Part shown: positions 50,205 to 60,506 of the stretch, piece by piece | Numbering within the stretch: position 1 is the first letter of the stretch | Layout of the letters: every line of letters begins with the position of its first letter | NCBI GenBank assembly: GCA_014239365.1 | Contig: JAAZZB010000006.1 | Coordinates: 75,189-139,188 of the forward strand | Reading direction: 5' to 3' | DNA: 64,000 nt | From: Verrucomicrobiia bacterium | Lineage (GTDB): Bacteria > Verrucomicrobiota > Verrucomicrobiia > Limisphaerales > UBA1100 | Notes under the pieces: model-generated | What the model saw: the letters and a program-made list of their open reading frames with translations, nothing else | What the model was told of the DNA's origin: nothing | Databases searched by the model: none | Translations under genes and position numbers: made by a program

Positions 50205-51560
50205 CTAAAACAACGGCAGCGGGGCACCTTCGCAAATTTGGAATGGACGGCCGAGTACGTCGTGCAGTTCGGTGCGGGGGTCGATGCCCATCGCCTGGAA
50301 AACCGTGGCGTGGATGTCGGCGGGGGAACAGGCGTTGGAAGCGGGCTCGGCGCCTTTGCGGTCGCTGCTGCCGTAGATTTGCCCACCGCGAATGCCGCCA
50401 CCGGCGAGGGCCAGCGAGTACACGCCGGGATGATGGTCGCGTCCGCCGTTCTTGTTGATTTTCGGCGTGCGCCCAAAGTCGGTCAGAAAAACCACGAGCG
50501 TCTCGTCAAGCATGCCGCGCATCTCGAGGTCGGTCAGCAGCGCGGAGACGGAGCGATCAAACACCGGCAGCAGTCGGTCCTTCATTTTCTTGAAATGCCC
50601 GCGGTGCGTATCCCAGTTGTCTCCACCGCCACCGGCGAGGTCGCCCGCCGAGCACAACGCCTGCACCACCGGCACACCGGCCTCCACGAGCCGGCGCGAG
50701 AGCAGCAGCGTTTGCCCGCCGATGTGGTCGCCGTACAACGCGCGCAGTTTCGGGTCTTCTTTTTCGAGGTCGTACGCCGCGCGCACGGGCGAGCCGAGCA
50801 GCATGTCCGCGGCCATTCGGCGAAAATTATCGAACCGTTCGTACTCGGTTTCCGCGCCATTTTTCCGACTGACATTTTGCTCGAGTTGTTCGAGCAATGT
50901 GCGCCGGCCCTCGACGCGCTGCTTCTCGAGGTTCAGTTTTAATTTCAGCTCGCGGTCGGTATAGCGCGACACGCCGCCATATGGTTTGCCCGCGGGCGTG
51001 CGCACAAGGATGGGGTCGTGTTTCGCGCCGAGCCAGCCCGCGCCTTCGCCAGCCATTTGCGTGCCGTTGTCGTACATGGAGTACGGCATGCGAATGGCCC
51101 GCGGCGTGCCGACGCCGGGATGGTGGAAATGCGAAATCATTGAGGCCAGCGACGGCCAGTTGTTGCGGCTCTTGGCCTTGATGCCGCCCACGGGATTGTG
51201 GCCGGTCATGTTGATGTACATGCCCTGCTGATGCCCGCCCTGTTTGTGATGCACCGAGCGCACGATGGCCAGTTTGTCCGAGTGCTTTGCCAACAGCGGG
51301 AGGTGTTCGCAAAACCGGATGCCCGGCGTGGCGGTCTTGATGGGCTTGAACTCGCCGCGAAACTCCGCCGGCGCTTCCGGCTTGGGATCGAACGACTCGT
51401 AATGGCTCATGCCGCCCCAAGTATAAATAATGATGCACGCTTTGGCCTTGCGCGTGGGAGCGGCGTGGGCCGACAACTTTAAAAAAGTTGGAATCGTCAA
51501 GCCGGCAAGGCCCACGCTGGAGCGCAGGAAATCACGTCGTGAATGTTGCAGACTCAACAT
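50205..51560 (-). CDS. DUF1501 family protein
   Basis: SRRDFL, GGMSHYESFDPKP, WDTH, DFGRTP, GRDH. Confidence 0.93.
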   Translation of the reverse strand: MLSLQHSRRDFLRSSVGLAGLTIPTFLKLSAHAAPTRKAKACIIIYTWGGMSHYESFDPKPEAPAEFRGEFKPIKTATPGIRFCEHLPLLAKHSDKLAIVRSVHHKQGGHQQGMYINMTGHNPVGGIKAKSRNNWPSLASMISHFHHPGVGTPRAIRMPYSMYDNGTQMAGEGAGWLGAKHDPILVRTPAGKPYGGVSRYTDRELKLKLNLEKQRVEGRRTLLEQLEQNVSRKNGAETEYERFDNFRRMAADMLLGSPVRAAYDLEKEDPKLRALYGDHIGGQTLLLSRRLVEAGVPVVQALCSAGDLAGGGGDNWDTHRGHFKKMKDRLLPVFDRSVSALLTDLEMRGMLDETLVVFLTDFGRTPKINKNGGRDHHPGVYSLALAGGGIRGGQIYGSSDRKGAEPASNACSPADIHATVFQAMGIDPRTELHDVLGRPFQICEGAPLPLF

Positions 51561-51646
51561 CGTTTCTTTGACGCTGTAAACGATTTCAGAATTTCAGCTA
51601 ATTTTAGCGGCCTGCTGAAAACTAGAATTCATTGGCGGGAAGCCAC

Positions 51647-52504
51647 TTACTTCGCCTTTGGGATGACCGCCTTCGCCAATTTCGCTGTCGAGATGAAGTA
51701 GCCAATCGGTTTATCCTTTTCATCGGTAATGAGCCAAGTGGCATCAGAAAAAGTGTTTTGTTCGTGAGTCGCGCCGACGTTGAGTGTCGCATAAATCTTC
51801 AGCCCGCCGCCGTATTCGACCCAGTAAAGCTTCACCTTACGGCCCGATTGGTTTTCAAAGACCACCGTCGTGAACGAGCCGGTCTTCGACTTGGGCGGTT
51901 TCTGGTCGCTCGCTGCAATCCATTTCAACGCGTCCATCGGCTTCGGCTCCGGCTTCTTGATAACCACGACCTTGCTCAAGTCGAGCCCGCGCACAATTTT
52001 CACCTTCGGCCGCGCCTTTTTAAACCGCGCCACGCCCGCGTCGGTCACATCAGTCTGCCAAACATAGAGCTGCTTGAGATTCTTGAGCTCCGCCAATTGG
52101 TCGAGCGACTTGTCGGTAATCTTCGTCGCGTATAAATTCAAGTACTCGAGGTCGGGCAGATTAACGAGATTGCCGATGCCCTCGTCACCAATCTTCGTGC
52201 GCTCGAGATGCAATCGGCGCAACTTCGTGAGGCCCTTGAGATGCAACAACCCGGCGCTCGTGATTTGCGTGTCGCGCAAGTTCAGAGCGATGACATTTTT
52301 CAACGCGGCCACATTCGCCAGCCCGTCATCAGTCAAGCCGCGCCCGCGCAAGTGAAACTCCACTTCCCATTGCTCCCCCTCGCCCGGATAAGGCAGCACG
52401 AGCCCACCGCTTTTTTTAATGGCCTCGAGTGTAGCGGAATCCGCCGCTTGCACACCAAACGACAATGACGAACAGAGTATCAATCCCAACAGTATCTTTT
52501 CCAT
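51647..52504 (-). CDS. Secreted LRR protein with C-terminal VHL-beta-like domain
   Basis: Signal peptide; 24-aa LRRs; VVFENQSGRKVKLYWVEYGG...YATL..G......TF....WLITD. Confidence 0.8.
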   Translation of the reverse strand: MEKILLGLILCSSLSFGVQAADSATLEAIKKSGGLVLPYPGEGEQWEVEFHLRGRGLTDDGLANVAALKNVIALNLRDTQITSAGLLHLKGLTKLRRLHLERTKIGDEGIGNLVNLPDLEYLNLYATKITDKSLDQLAELKNLKQLYVWQTDVTDAGVARFKKARPKVKIVRGLDLSKVVVIKKPEPKPMDALKWIAASDQKPPKSKTGSFTTVVFENQSGRKVKLYWVEYGGGLKIYATLNVGATHEQNTFSDATWLITDEKDKPIGYFISTAKLAKAVIPKAK

Positions 52505-52521
52505 GATCTTATTTTTCGAAA

Positions 52522-53685
52522 TTAGTTTTTGGTGAATTCCTTTGGGACGCTGCCATCGCCGGTGGCCTTGCCGCCGAGCAGCCACGCGAGGTTGAATCGG
52601 GCGACGGTGGAGCCGCCTTTGGGGCCACCTTCGAAGTGATGGAAAATCATACCTTCGGTCTCCGTGCCCGGGCGGCCGGAGGTGATCGACGAGTACGCGT
52701 GGGCACCGGCGAAGATGAGCCGCTTGATGGGCCATGTTTTGCCGCCGTCGAAGCTGGCCCACACGGTGCCGCGATTGCGAGCGTTTGGGCTGTCGCAGTT
52801 ACTGTAAATTAAAATGTCGCGGCCACGAATCGGCAACCGCGTAAGGCCGCCCATGCAGCCGTAGTTCGTATTTTGTGGACCGTCGGGCAGCGCCTTGCAG
52901 AAGGTGAGGTTTTTCCACGTCTGGCCGCCATCGGTGCTCGTGGCGGTCCAACGCCGCCGCGGGTTGGCGCCTTCCTCGGCCCAGTGACGGCGCGAGTTGT
53001 AATAAATTGTCCCATCGGCCAACTCCGCCAACGTCGCCTCGCCCGTGCCGTTGGCGGGGAAGGGGTCGCTCGTCTGCCACGTCTTGCCGCCGTCGTCGCT
53101 GAAGATGGCGTTGGTGTAATGCCGCGGCCAACTCGCGCGCTCGTTCTTGCCCGCATAAAAACGCGACGGCCGAATCAGCCGCCCTTTGTGTTTCCCGTGC
53201 CGGAGCGTGATGCCGTGCTCGTTCATGTGCATTGACGGCATATTGCCCTTTGAGTCCGGCTTGATTTTAAACTCAATCTGCTTCCACGACTTCCCGTCGT
53301 CCGTGCTGCGAAAAACCCGCAACGGCGCCGGCGGATGGCTGTCCTCCACGAAGGCGAGGATTGCGCCCGACGTCTCATCCACCGTCAACCCACCGCACTG
53401 AAAGCCCGGCTTCGCGATGACAATCTCCGCCCCCCAAGTTTTCCCGCCATCCTCACTGCGCCGCGCGCGCACGCTGCGAGTGCCAAAGGTGGTCAGCACT
53501 GTCCCCTTCAACGTCACCACCACATTGGGCATCCGTTCGCTTTTAAAAACTTGCGTCATCTCCAATCGCGGTTTGCCAAGAAACGGCTTCAGCGATCCTT
53601 CAACAACTGGGGTGCACTCGGCGGCGTGGACAAAGCCCGCGAGGTAACTTCCCGCCAGCATTAGAATGAAACGAATATTTTTCAT
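52522..53685 (-). CDS. Sialidase-like BNR/Asp-box protein
   Basis: RMP motif; five S.DGGKTW-type Asp boxes; AYS. Confidence 0.88.
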   Translation of the reverse strand: MKNIRFILMLAGSYLAGFVHAAECTPVVEGSLKPFLGKPRLEMTQVFKSERMPNVVVTLKGTVLTTFGTRSVRARRSEDGGKTWGAEIVIAKPGFQCGGLTVDETSGAILAFVEDSHPPAPLRVFRSTDDGKSWKQIEFKIKPDSKGNMPSMHMNEHGITLRHGKHKGRLIRPSRFYAGKNERASWPRHYTNAIFSDDGGKTWQTSDPFPANGTGEATLAELADGTIYYNSRRHWAEEGANPRRRWTATSTDGGQTWKNLTFCKALPDGPQNTNYGCMGGLTRLPIRGRDILIYSNCDSPNARNRGTVWASFDGGKTWPIKRLIFAGAHAYSSITSGRPGTETEGMIFHHFEGGPKGGSTVARFNLAWLLGGKATGDGSVPKEFTKN

Positions 53686-53757
53686 AGATCGGGAAAGGAT
53701 GACGCGCCGCGAGCGAATGGCAATCGGAAATGCCCGCTTATGTTTGTGCGTGAAGCG

Positions 53758-55143
53758 TTAAAATAATTCCGAAATTGGCTGACCGCCTTCGGTGACAATG
53801 GGGATGGGGCGGCCTTGGGCGTTGGTCCAGTGGGAATTGAGATCAATGCCGAGGTGTTGAAAAACAGTAGCGGCAAGGTCACTGGGGCCGACGCGACGGG
53901 TGGCGACGTCGTAGCCCTTGCGGTCAGTGCTACCGATAACACGGCCGTGGTTGAGACCGCCGCCGGCCATGACCATCGACATGACGCGCGCCCAGTGGCC
54001 GCGTCCGGCGGTTTTGGTCATCACGGGGGATCGGCCGAATTCGCCCATCATTAAAATCAACGTGTCGTCGAGGAGCCCGCGTTGCTCAAGGTCGGTAACG
54101 ATGGCGTTCAAGGTGCGGTCGACACGGGGCATAAGCGGCTTGAGTCCCTTCTTGATTCCGCCCCAACGAACTTCATCGCCGTGATGGTCGAAATAGCCCC
54201 ACGCGCCGCTGACGAGCACGAAGGTTGAGCCGGCTTCGACAAGGCGGCGGGCGAGCAGCGCCTTTTGGCCGATGCTATCGCGTCCATAAAAATCGCGCAT
54301 CTTAACGGTCTCTTCATCGAGATTGAACGCGCGTTTGGCGCGGCCGGAGAGGACCGTGTCGAGCGCTTGTTGCGTGTAATGATCGAGCTGGGCAACGGCG
54401 GGATTGTTGTCGAGGTCGCGATGCATGCGGTCGAGCTGGCCTAGCAACGAGCCGCGTTCGCGCAGGCACGGGGTGGAGAGGCCCTCGGGCAACGCAAGGC
54501 GGCCGGCGAGGTCTTGGCCTTTCACCGGTGCGAAATCTCCGCCCAAGTGACCGGCCTCCCAAACATCCGAACGCCACGAATCGGCGAGGCCCACAAAGGC
54601 CGGCATGCCCGGATGATTCGGCCCGCGAAACTTTGCCGCGATGGAGCCCATGGAGGGATAGCCACCGCCATCCTTGCCGTCATTAGTGCGGCGCGCCAGC
54701 GGATTGCCGGCCTGCATGGTGATGGGCGTGTGGTTGCTCGCGCTGCAATCCACGCCACGCAGAAGGGTGAGCTTATCCATCAACTTGGCGGTCAGTGGCA
54801 GATGCTCGCTTACGCGTACGCCGGGTAGACGAGTCGGGATGCTACCGAACGGCCCGCGAATCTCGCTGGGAGCATCAGGCTTGGGATCCCACATATCAAT
54901 GTGGCTCGGGCCGCCGGACAGCCAAAACAGAATGACGTTTTTTTTGCGTTTTGGATTACCCGCCTTCGCCGCTGCCGCGCGGTGTTGCAATAGCATCGGC
55001 AACGAAAGCCCCGCCAAACCGGTGAGCCCCGTTTGCAAAAACCATCGCCGCGAATTGACGCGTAGTAAGTCACCGTCGGCCGGACTGAAGAGGGGCGCAA
55101 TGCCACCATTGGAATGCTCGGATTTATTGCAACGCTCACTCAT
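53758..55143 (-). CDS. DUF1501 family protein
   Basis: SRRWFL, GGPSHIDMWDPKP, FDHH, GEFGRSP, GRGHW; start uncertain (55143-55179). Confidence 0.9.
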   Translation of the reverse strand: MSERCNKSEHSNGGIAPLFSPADGDLLRVNSRRWFLQTGLTGLAGLSLPMLLQHRAAAAKAGNPKRKKNVILFWLSGGPSHIDMWDPKPDAPSEIRGPFGSIPTRLPGVRVSEHLPLTAKLMDKLTLLRGVDCSASNHTPITMQAGNPLARRTNDGKDGGGYPSMGSIAAKFRGPNHPGMPAFVGLADSWRSDVWEAGHLGGDFAPVKGQDLAGRLALPEGLSTPCLRERGSLLGQLDRMHRDLDNNPAVAQLDHYTQQALDTVLSGRAKRAFNLDEETVKMRDFYGRDSIGQKALLARRLVEAGSTFVLVSGAWGYFDHHGDEVRWGGIKKGLKPLMPRVDRTLNAIVTDLEQRGLLDDTLILMMGEFGRSPVMTKTAGRGHWARVMSMVMAGGGLNHGRVIGSTDRKGYDVATRRVGPSDLAATVFQHLGIDLNSHWTNAQGRPIPIVTEGGQPISELF

Positions 55144-55351
55144 TTTTTCGATTGTGCGCATATGATTAGTTTTCCGCAATTATCAATCCAGCAGTGCGAA
55201 ATCCCTGCCCACGCAATATTTAGAAGACATAAAAATCAAGATATTCAGCGAACATTAGCATTGCTCAATCCAGAATGCCGCGCGCCAATCCGGTGGCGAG
55301 TAATTTTTTAAAGAAGCAGCCTCGCTGGCTTGACCGCGAGAGCCCTTCACC

Positions 55352-56509
55352 TCAGCGATTCGACCGGAAGCGACCCGGTGGCAGGCTGAATTGTCGTTGA
55401 AAGGCCCGCACCATGACTTCCAAATGTTGATAGCCCGTGCGCTCAGCGATGGCGGCGAGGGGGTAATCGGTTTCGATGAGCAATCGCCGAACGTGTTCCA
55501 GCCGCGCGCGGCGTATCTCGGCCGCGGGCGTGCGGCCAAGGGCTTGGGTGAACCGATGCTCCAACGAACGCCGCGACACGAAGAGCGCCTTTTGCAAATC
55601 ACTAACCTTCAGCGGTTCGGTCGAATGATCGCGGATGTGTCGCAACGCAGCGGCCACGAGAGGATCTTCCACCGCGGCGGTATCGGTGGATTGCCGCTGC
55701 ACCACCCCCACCGGCGGCACGTGGATTGGCTTCGCGGGCGCGCGACGTCCAGACATCAATCGATCCAACAACGCCGCCGCCTCGCGGCCCACGCGCAGTG
55801 GCGATTGATCAATGTTCGACATCGGCACGGGTGCCAGCGAATTCATCACCGAATCGTGCTCGGCACACAGCACCGCCAAATCGTCCGGCACGAGCAACCC
55901 ATTCGCGCTGCACGCGGCGATGACTTCGCGCCCGACTTCGCCGTTCCAAACCAGCAACGCCGTCGGATGCCGCAAGCCGCGCAGCCAGTCGACCAGCCGT
56001 TGGCGCTGCTGATGCAAAGGCCGACGATGCTCCCTCGATTTGCCAGAAAACGAAACGCACTCAAAACCCGCCGCGCGCGTGGCGATGGCAAACTCCGCGC
56101 CGAGCACATCCGCATAACGCGGCTGCCCCACCGGTCCCACGTAAGCGAATGACCGAAACCCTTTCTCCACAAAATGACTCGCCGCCAACCGCGCGCACGC
56201 CGATTCATCGGAGGACACCCGCGGGATGGCGCGGCTGTGCTCGCCCTGCCACGAAACATTGACCGCCGACAACCCGCGCCGCCGAAGCGCCCGTTCCTGC
56301 GCGCGATCCACCAACCGCAGGATAACCCCATCCCCGCGCCAACCCTTCGGCAACTGCATCGTCTCCAGCAACCCGCGCGGTTCGATATGCAAATCCCACG
56401 GCCCGTGCTCGCGCGCATAATCCGCCACGCCCCGCAACAACTGCCGATGCCACTCACTCGTCGTCTGCACCAACAACGCCACCCGCCGAGTTTTCCGTTT
56501 CCGCGCCAC
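55352..56509 (-). CDS. XylR-type regulator (LacI-like sensor plus AraC HTH)
   Basis: RRVALLV..LLRGVADYA, VPDDLAV, VSRRSLEHRF, IAERTGY; divergent from phnA. Confidence 0.92.
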   Translation of the reverse strand: MARKRKTRRVALLVQTTSEWHRQLLRGVADYAREHGPWDLHIEPRGLLETMQLPKGWRGDGVILRLVDRAQERALRRRGLSAVNVSWQGEHSRAIPRVSSDESACARLAASHFVEKGFRSFAYVGPVGQPRYADVLGAEFAIATRAAGFECVSFSGKSREHRRPLHQQRQRLVDWLRGLRHPTALLVWNGEVGREVIAACSANGLLVPDDLAVLCAEHDSVMNSLAPVPMSNIDQSPLRVGREAAALLDRLMSGRRAPAKPIHVPPVGVVQRQSTDTAAVEDPLVAAALRHIRDHSTEPLKVSDLQKALFVSRRSLEHRFTQALGRTPAAEIRRARLEHVRRLLIETDYPLAAIAERTGYQHLEVMVRAFQRQFSLPPGRFRSNR

Positions 56510-56526
56510 GCCCCACCAAACCGCCC

Positions 56527-56557
56527 TTTGCGCAAAACATCAATTTAATTGCGCAAA
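56527..56557. promoter_or_regulatory. Tandem TTGCGCAAA boxes, candidate operator
   Basis: TTGCGCAAA at 56528 and 56549, 21 bp apart, in the divergent intergenic region. Confidence 0.65.
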
Positions 56558-56605
56558 TGCTCATTGCGGTTTTGGGGTTGGGGCGGCACGGTGGGGCGCG
56601 TTGAT

Positions 56606-57844
56606 ATGGCGGATTTTTCGATAAATGGAATAGACTACCGGTTGCCCTCGGGGCCGGTGGCGGTGATTTGCGTGGATGGCTGCGAGGAGGCGTATTTGGA
56701 TGTGGCGCTGGCACGGGGCCGGATGCCGCAGTTGGCGCGGATTTTGGACGGCGGCTGGCGCGGGGTGGCTCGCGGGGCGTTGCCTTCGTTTACGAATGTG
56801 AATAATGCGGCCATCGTCACGGGGGTGCCGCCGGTGGTGACGGGGTTGAGCGGGAATTTCTTTTTAGATCCGGACACGGGCGAAGAGGTGATGATGAATA
56901 GCTCGGATTTTTTGCGCTGCGAAACTTTGCTGGCCGCCGCCGCGCGTGCGGGCCGTACGGTGGCGATGGTGACGGCGAAGGAGAAGCTGCGCGATTTACT
57001 TTCGCCGGGGCTCTTTGATGAGGGCGTAACGGGGATGGCGTTTTCCGCCGAGAAAGCCGCCGAGGCGCGCGAGGCCACGCATGGCATTGGCGATGTGGAG
57101 GCGTTGGCGGGCGACACGCCTCCTATCTATAGTGGCGAGGCGAGCGTGTATGTGCTGCGCGCGGGCGCGGCTTTGGTGGAAGCGGGCCGCGCGGATTTTT
57201 TGTATCTTTCGCTGACGGATTATATTCAACACAAATTCGCGCCGGAAGAGGAAGGCGCGCTGGAATTTTACGAAGCCCTCGACGTGCAACTCGGGCGGTT
57301 GACGGATCTTGGCTGCCGCCTCGGCATCACTGCCGACCACGGGATGAACGCCAAATGCCACGCCGACGGCACGCCGCGCGTGATTTATGTGGAGGATGTT
57401 TTGCGCGAACAATTTGGCGACGGTCACAAAGTAATTTGTCCCATCACCGATCCGTACGTTGTGCACCACGGCGCGTTAGGTTCGTACGTGACGGTTCATC
57501 TTGCCGACCCAAATCGTGCCGAAGAAATTGCCGAATGGCTACGCACGCTCGATGGCGTGACGGAAGTGCTGTCCAAAGCCGAAGCGGCGGAGGCATTGGA
57601 ATTGCCAGCCGACCGGATCGGCGACCTCATCGTGATGAGCGCGGCGGATACGGTCGTTGGCCGAAGCCCGGAATATCACGACCTCTCTAAACTGGATCGT
57701 CCACTGCGTTCGCACGGCGGTCGGTTTGAAACGAGGGTGCCGTTTATTTTCTCCGGGCCGCTGAACGCCGAGTACGCGGCAAAGGCTGCGGATGATCCGC
57801 GCAATTTTGATGTGTTTGATTTTGTGTGTAATGGGATCGAATGA
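56606..57844 (+). CDS. phnA: Phosphonoacetate hydrolase
   Basis: ICVDGCE, PSFTNVNN, YLSLTDYIQHK, TADHGMN, DPYVVHHGALGS, LRSHGG. Confidence 0.95.
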   Translation: MADFSINGIDYRLPSGPVAVICVDGCEEAYLDVALARGRMPQLARILDGGWRGVARGALPSFTNVNNAAIVTGVPPVVTGLSGNFFLDPDTGEEVMMNSSDFLRCETLLAAAARAGRTVAMVTAKEKLRDLLSPGLFDEGVTGMAFSAEKAAEAREATHGIGDVEALAGDTPPIYSGEASVYVLRAGAALVEAGRADFLYLSLTDYIQHKFAPEEEGALEFYEALDVQLGRLTDLGCRLGITADHGMNAKCHADGTPRVIYVEDVLREQFGDGHKVICPITDPYVVHHGALGSYVTVHLADPNRAEEIAEWLRTLDGVTEVLSKAEAAEALELPADRIGDLIVMSAADTVVGRSPEYHDLSKLDRPLRSHGGRFETRVPFIFSGPLNAEYAAKAADDPRNFDVFDFVCNGIE

Positions 57845-57855
57845 TGATTGAACAA

Positions 57856-57920
57856 GGACTCGCAAGCTCGCCCCTCAAATGAGAGGCGACAGTATAATGG
57901 AGGGAGGAGCTTGCGAATCC
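57856..57920. repeat. REP-like inverted repeat between phnA and phnY
   Basis: GGACTCGCAAGCTCGCCCCTC ... GAGGGAGGAGCTTGCGAATCC; TATAAT in the loop at 57893. Confidence 0.7.
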
Positions 57921-57949
57921 CTTTACTAGTCCAAAAAAAGAATTTCAAA

Positions 57950-59380
57950 ATGAACGAGACTGAACAAACTAAAATACTGGAACTACCGTGCTACATCGCT
58001 GGCGAAGCAGTGGGCGGGGAATTGCTCGATGTAATTTATCCGTACACCGGCAAGGTGGCGGGGCGTGTGCGGCAGGTGGATGGCGCGGGATTGGAGCGGG
58101 CGCTGACGGCGACACAACCGGTCGAGCTGACGCGTTGGGCGCGACACGAAATTTTGATCAACGCGCGCGGATTGTTGTCCGACCGCGCGGAGGAATTTGC
58201 ACAGCTCATTCGCAGCGAGACGGGACTGTGCATGCGCGAGACGCGTTACGAGGTGGGGCGGACGCAGGATGTGCTGCAGTTCGCGGCGATGGAGGCGCTG
58301 AAGGACGACGGCCAGATTTTTTCGTGTGACATTTCGCCGCAAGGGCAGGCGCGCAAAATTTTTACAATGCGCGAGCCGTTGAAATTAGTGGCGGCCATCA
58401 CGCCGTTTAATCATCCGCTCAATCAAGTGGCGCACAAACTTTCGCCGGCCATCGCGGCGGGCGCGCCAGTGATTCTCAAACCCTCGGAGAAAACGCCGCT
58501 CACTGCGCTGCGCTTCACCGAACTGCTATACGAAGCGGGTCTGCCGCCGGAAATGCTCAGCACGATTGTCGGGCCGCTGGATTCGGTAGTCACGCCGCTC
58601 ATCGCGGATGATCGCGTGGAACTGGTGAGCTTCACCGGCAGCGTGGCCATCGGCAAAACGATTTCGCGCACGGCGGGCTACAAAAAACTTTGCCTCGAGC
58701 TGGGCGGCAACTCGCCGCTCATCGTGTTGGACGATGCGGATCTTGAACTCGCCGTGAAACTCGCCGCCGAGGGGTGCTTCCGCAATTCCGGCCAACGCTG
58801 CACGGCAGTGAAGCGGCTGCTCATTCACGAGGCCCTGCTCGGCGAATTTACCGAAGCCTTTGTGGCGAAGCTAGCGGAGTATCCCTGCGGCGATCCCGCC
58901 GATGACGCCACGCGCGTGGGCACGGTCATTGATGAAAATTCCGCCAAGTTGCTGGCGTCGCGCGTGGAAAAAGCCGTGGCCGATGGTGCGCGTGTTTTGG
59001 CCGGCGGCAATCGCGAGGGCGCGTTGCTCGAGCCCACCATCATTGCCGATGTGCCGCGTGATGCGGAGATGGTCGTGCAGGAATCCTTCGGCCCGCTTGC
59101 GCCGATTATGCCGGTGAAGGATTTGGACGACGCCATTGCGTATGCCAATGGCACGGCGTTCGGGCTGTCCTCGGGCGTGGTCACCAACAACATGGACGCC
59201 ATGCTCGCGTGCGTGAAAGGCATTCGCACCGGCACGGTAAACATCAACGCCGTGCCCGGCTATCGCATCGAGAGCTCGCCGTTCGGCGGCGTGAAAGATT
59301 CCGGCCTCGGCATTAAAGAAGGTGTCATCGAATCCATCAAATATATGTCCAACGTGAAAACTTTTTCGCTGCCATGGTAA
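57950..59380 (+). CDS. phnY: Phosphonoacetaldehyde dehydrogenase
   Basis: ALDH motifs ITPFNHPLNQVAHK, LELGGN, NSGQRCTAVKR; FSCDIS and PGYRIE; phn context. Confidence 0.93.
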   Translation: MNETEQTKILELPCYIAGEAVGGELLDVIYPYTGKVAGRVRQVDGAGLERALTATQPVELTRWARHEILINARGLLSDRAEEFAQLIRSETGLCMRETRYEVGRTQDVLQFAAMEALKDDGQIFSCDISPQGQARKIFTMREPLKLVAAITPFNHPLNQVAHKLSPAIAAGAPVILKPSEKTPLTALRFTELLYEAGLPPEMLSTIVGPLDSVVTPLIADDRVELVSFTGSVAIGKTISRTAGYKKLCLELGGNSPLIVLDDADLELAVKLAAEGCFRNSGQRCTAVKRLLIHEALLGEFTEAFVAKLAEYPCGDPADDATRVGTVIDENSAKLLASRVEKAVADGARVLAGGNREGALLEPTIIADVPRDAEMVVQESFGPLAPIMPVKDLDDAIAYANGTAFGLSSGVVTNNMDAMLACVKGIRTGTVNINAVPGYRIESSPFGGVKDSGLGIKEGVIESIKYMSNVKTFSLPW

Positions 59381-60498
59381 ATCAAAACGACAAACCCCTC
59401 TTCACCCCCGGCCCGCTCACCACCAGTCCCACGGTGAAAGCCGCGATGGGGCGCGACCTCGGCTCGCGCGACACAGAATTCATCGGCATCATTCACGACC
59501 TTCGCAACAGCCTGTTGCAACTCGCCGGTGTTTCGCAAGCCGATGGTTGGGAGGCGGTGCTGATGCAGGGTAGCGGCACGTTTTCGATTGAGTCGGTGCT
59601 TTCGTCCATCACACCGCCCGACGGCAAATGGCTCGTCATCATCAACGGTGCATACGGCGAACGTATTTTGAAAATCATCAAGCGGCACGGCTTTGCCGCC
59701 GAGGCGATTCGCTGTTCGGAAAACGAATTGCCCGACCTCGCCGGCATCGCGGCAGCGCTTGGCAAAGGCGGGTTCACGCACGTTGCCGTTGTGCATTGCG
59801 AAACGACTTCCGGCATTATGAATCCCATTGCGGAGATTGGCGCGTTGGCGAAGGAGCGCGGCTGCGTTTATTTTGTCGATTCGATGAGCGCATTTGGCGG
59901 AGTGGAATTTGACTTCGCCGGCAGCCAACTCGATTGCCTCGTGTCGAGCGCCAACAAATGCGTGCAGGGCGTGCCGGGTTTTGGCTTTGCGATTTGTCGG
60001 CGCGAATTGCTGGAAGCCACCGAAGGCCACGCGCGCACCATCAGCCTCGACCTCACTGCGCAATGGCGCGGCTTGGAGGGCAACGGTCAGTTTCGGTTTA
60101 CGCCGCCGACGCACACGCTGCTTGCTTTTGCGCAGGCGTTGGGCGAGTTGGACGAAGAAGGCGGCATCGCCGCGCGCGCCGCGCGTTACCGCGCCAACCA
60201 CGATGCGTGCGTGGCGGGGATGCGCGCGATGGGCTTCACGGAATACGTTCCGGAACATTTGCAAGGCCACATCATCACGTCGTTTTTGTATCCCACGGAT
60301 GATTTTGATTTCGAAGATTTTTACAATCGCTTAAACGAAAAGAGCTTCGTCATTTATCCCGGCAAAGTGACGAAGGCCAATTGCTTCCGCATCGGCCACA
60401 TCGGCCATTTGTTCCCCGCCGACACCGAAGCGCTGCTGACTGCCATCCGCGCCGTGGCCACTGAAATGAATCTGTCCATCGAGGCCAAGCCTGCATAA
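59374..60498 (+). CDS. phnW: 2-aminoethylphosphonate-pyruvate transaminase
   Basis: LFTPGPLTTS, MQGSGT, HCETTSG, DSMSAFG, SSANKC (PLP Lys), QFRFTPPTH, VIYPGK. Confidence 0.95.
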   Translation: MVNQNDKPLFTPGPLTTSPTVKAAMGRDLGSRDTEFIGIIHDLRNSLLQLAGVSQADGWEAVLMQGSGTFSIESVLSSITPPDGKWLVIINGAYGERILKIIKRHGFAAEAIRCSENELPDLAGIAAALGKGGFTHVAVVHCETTSGIMNPIAEIGALAKERGCVYFVDSMSAFGGVEFDFAGSQLDCLVSSANKCVQGVPGFGFAICRRELLEATEGHARTISLDLTAQWRGLEGNGQFRFTPPTHTLLAFAQALGELDEEGGIAARAARYRANHDACVAGMRAMGFTEYVPEHLQGHIITSFLYPTDDFDFEDFYNRLNEKSFVIYPGKVTKANCFRIGHIGHLFPADTEALLTAIRAVATEMNLSIEAKPA

Positions 60499-60506
60499 AC
60501 TTCCGT

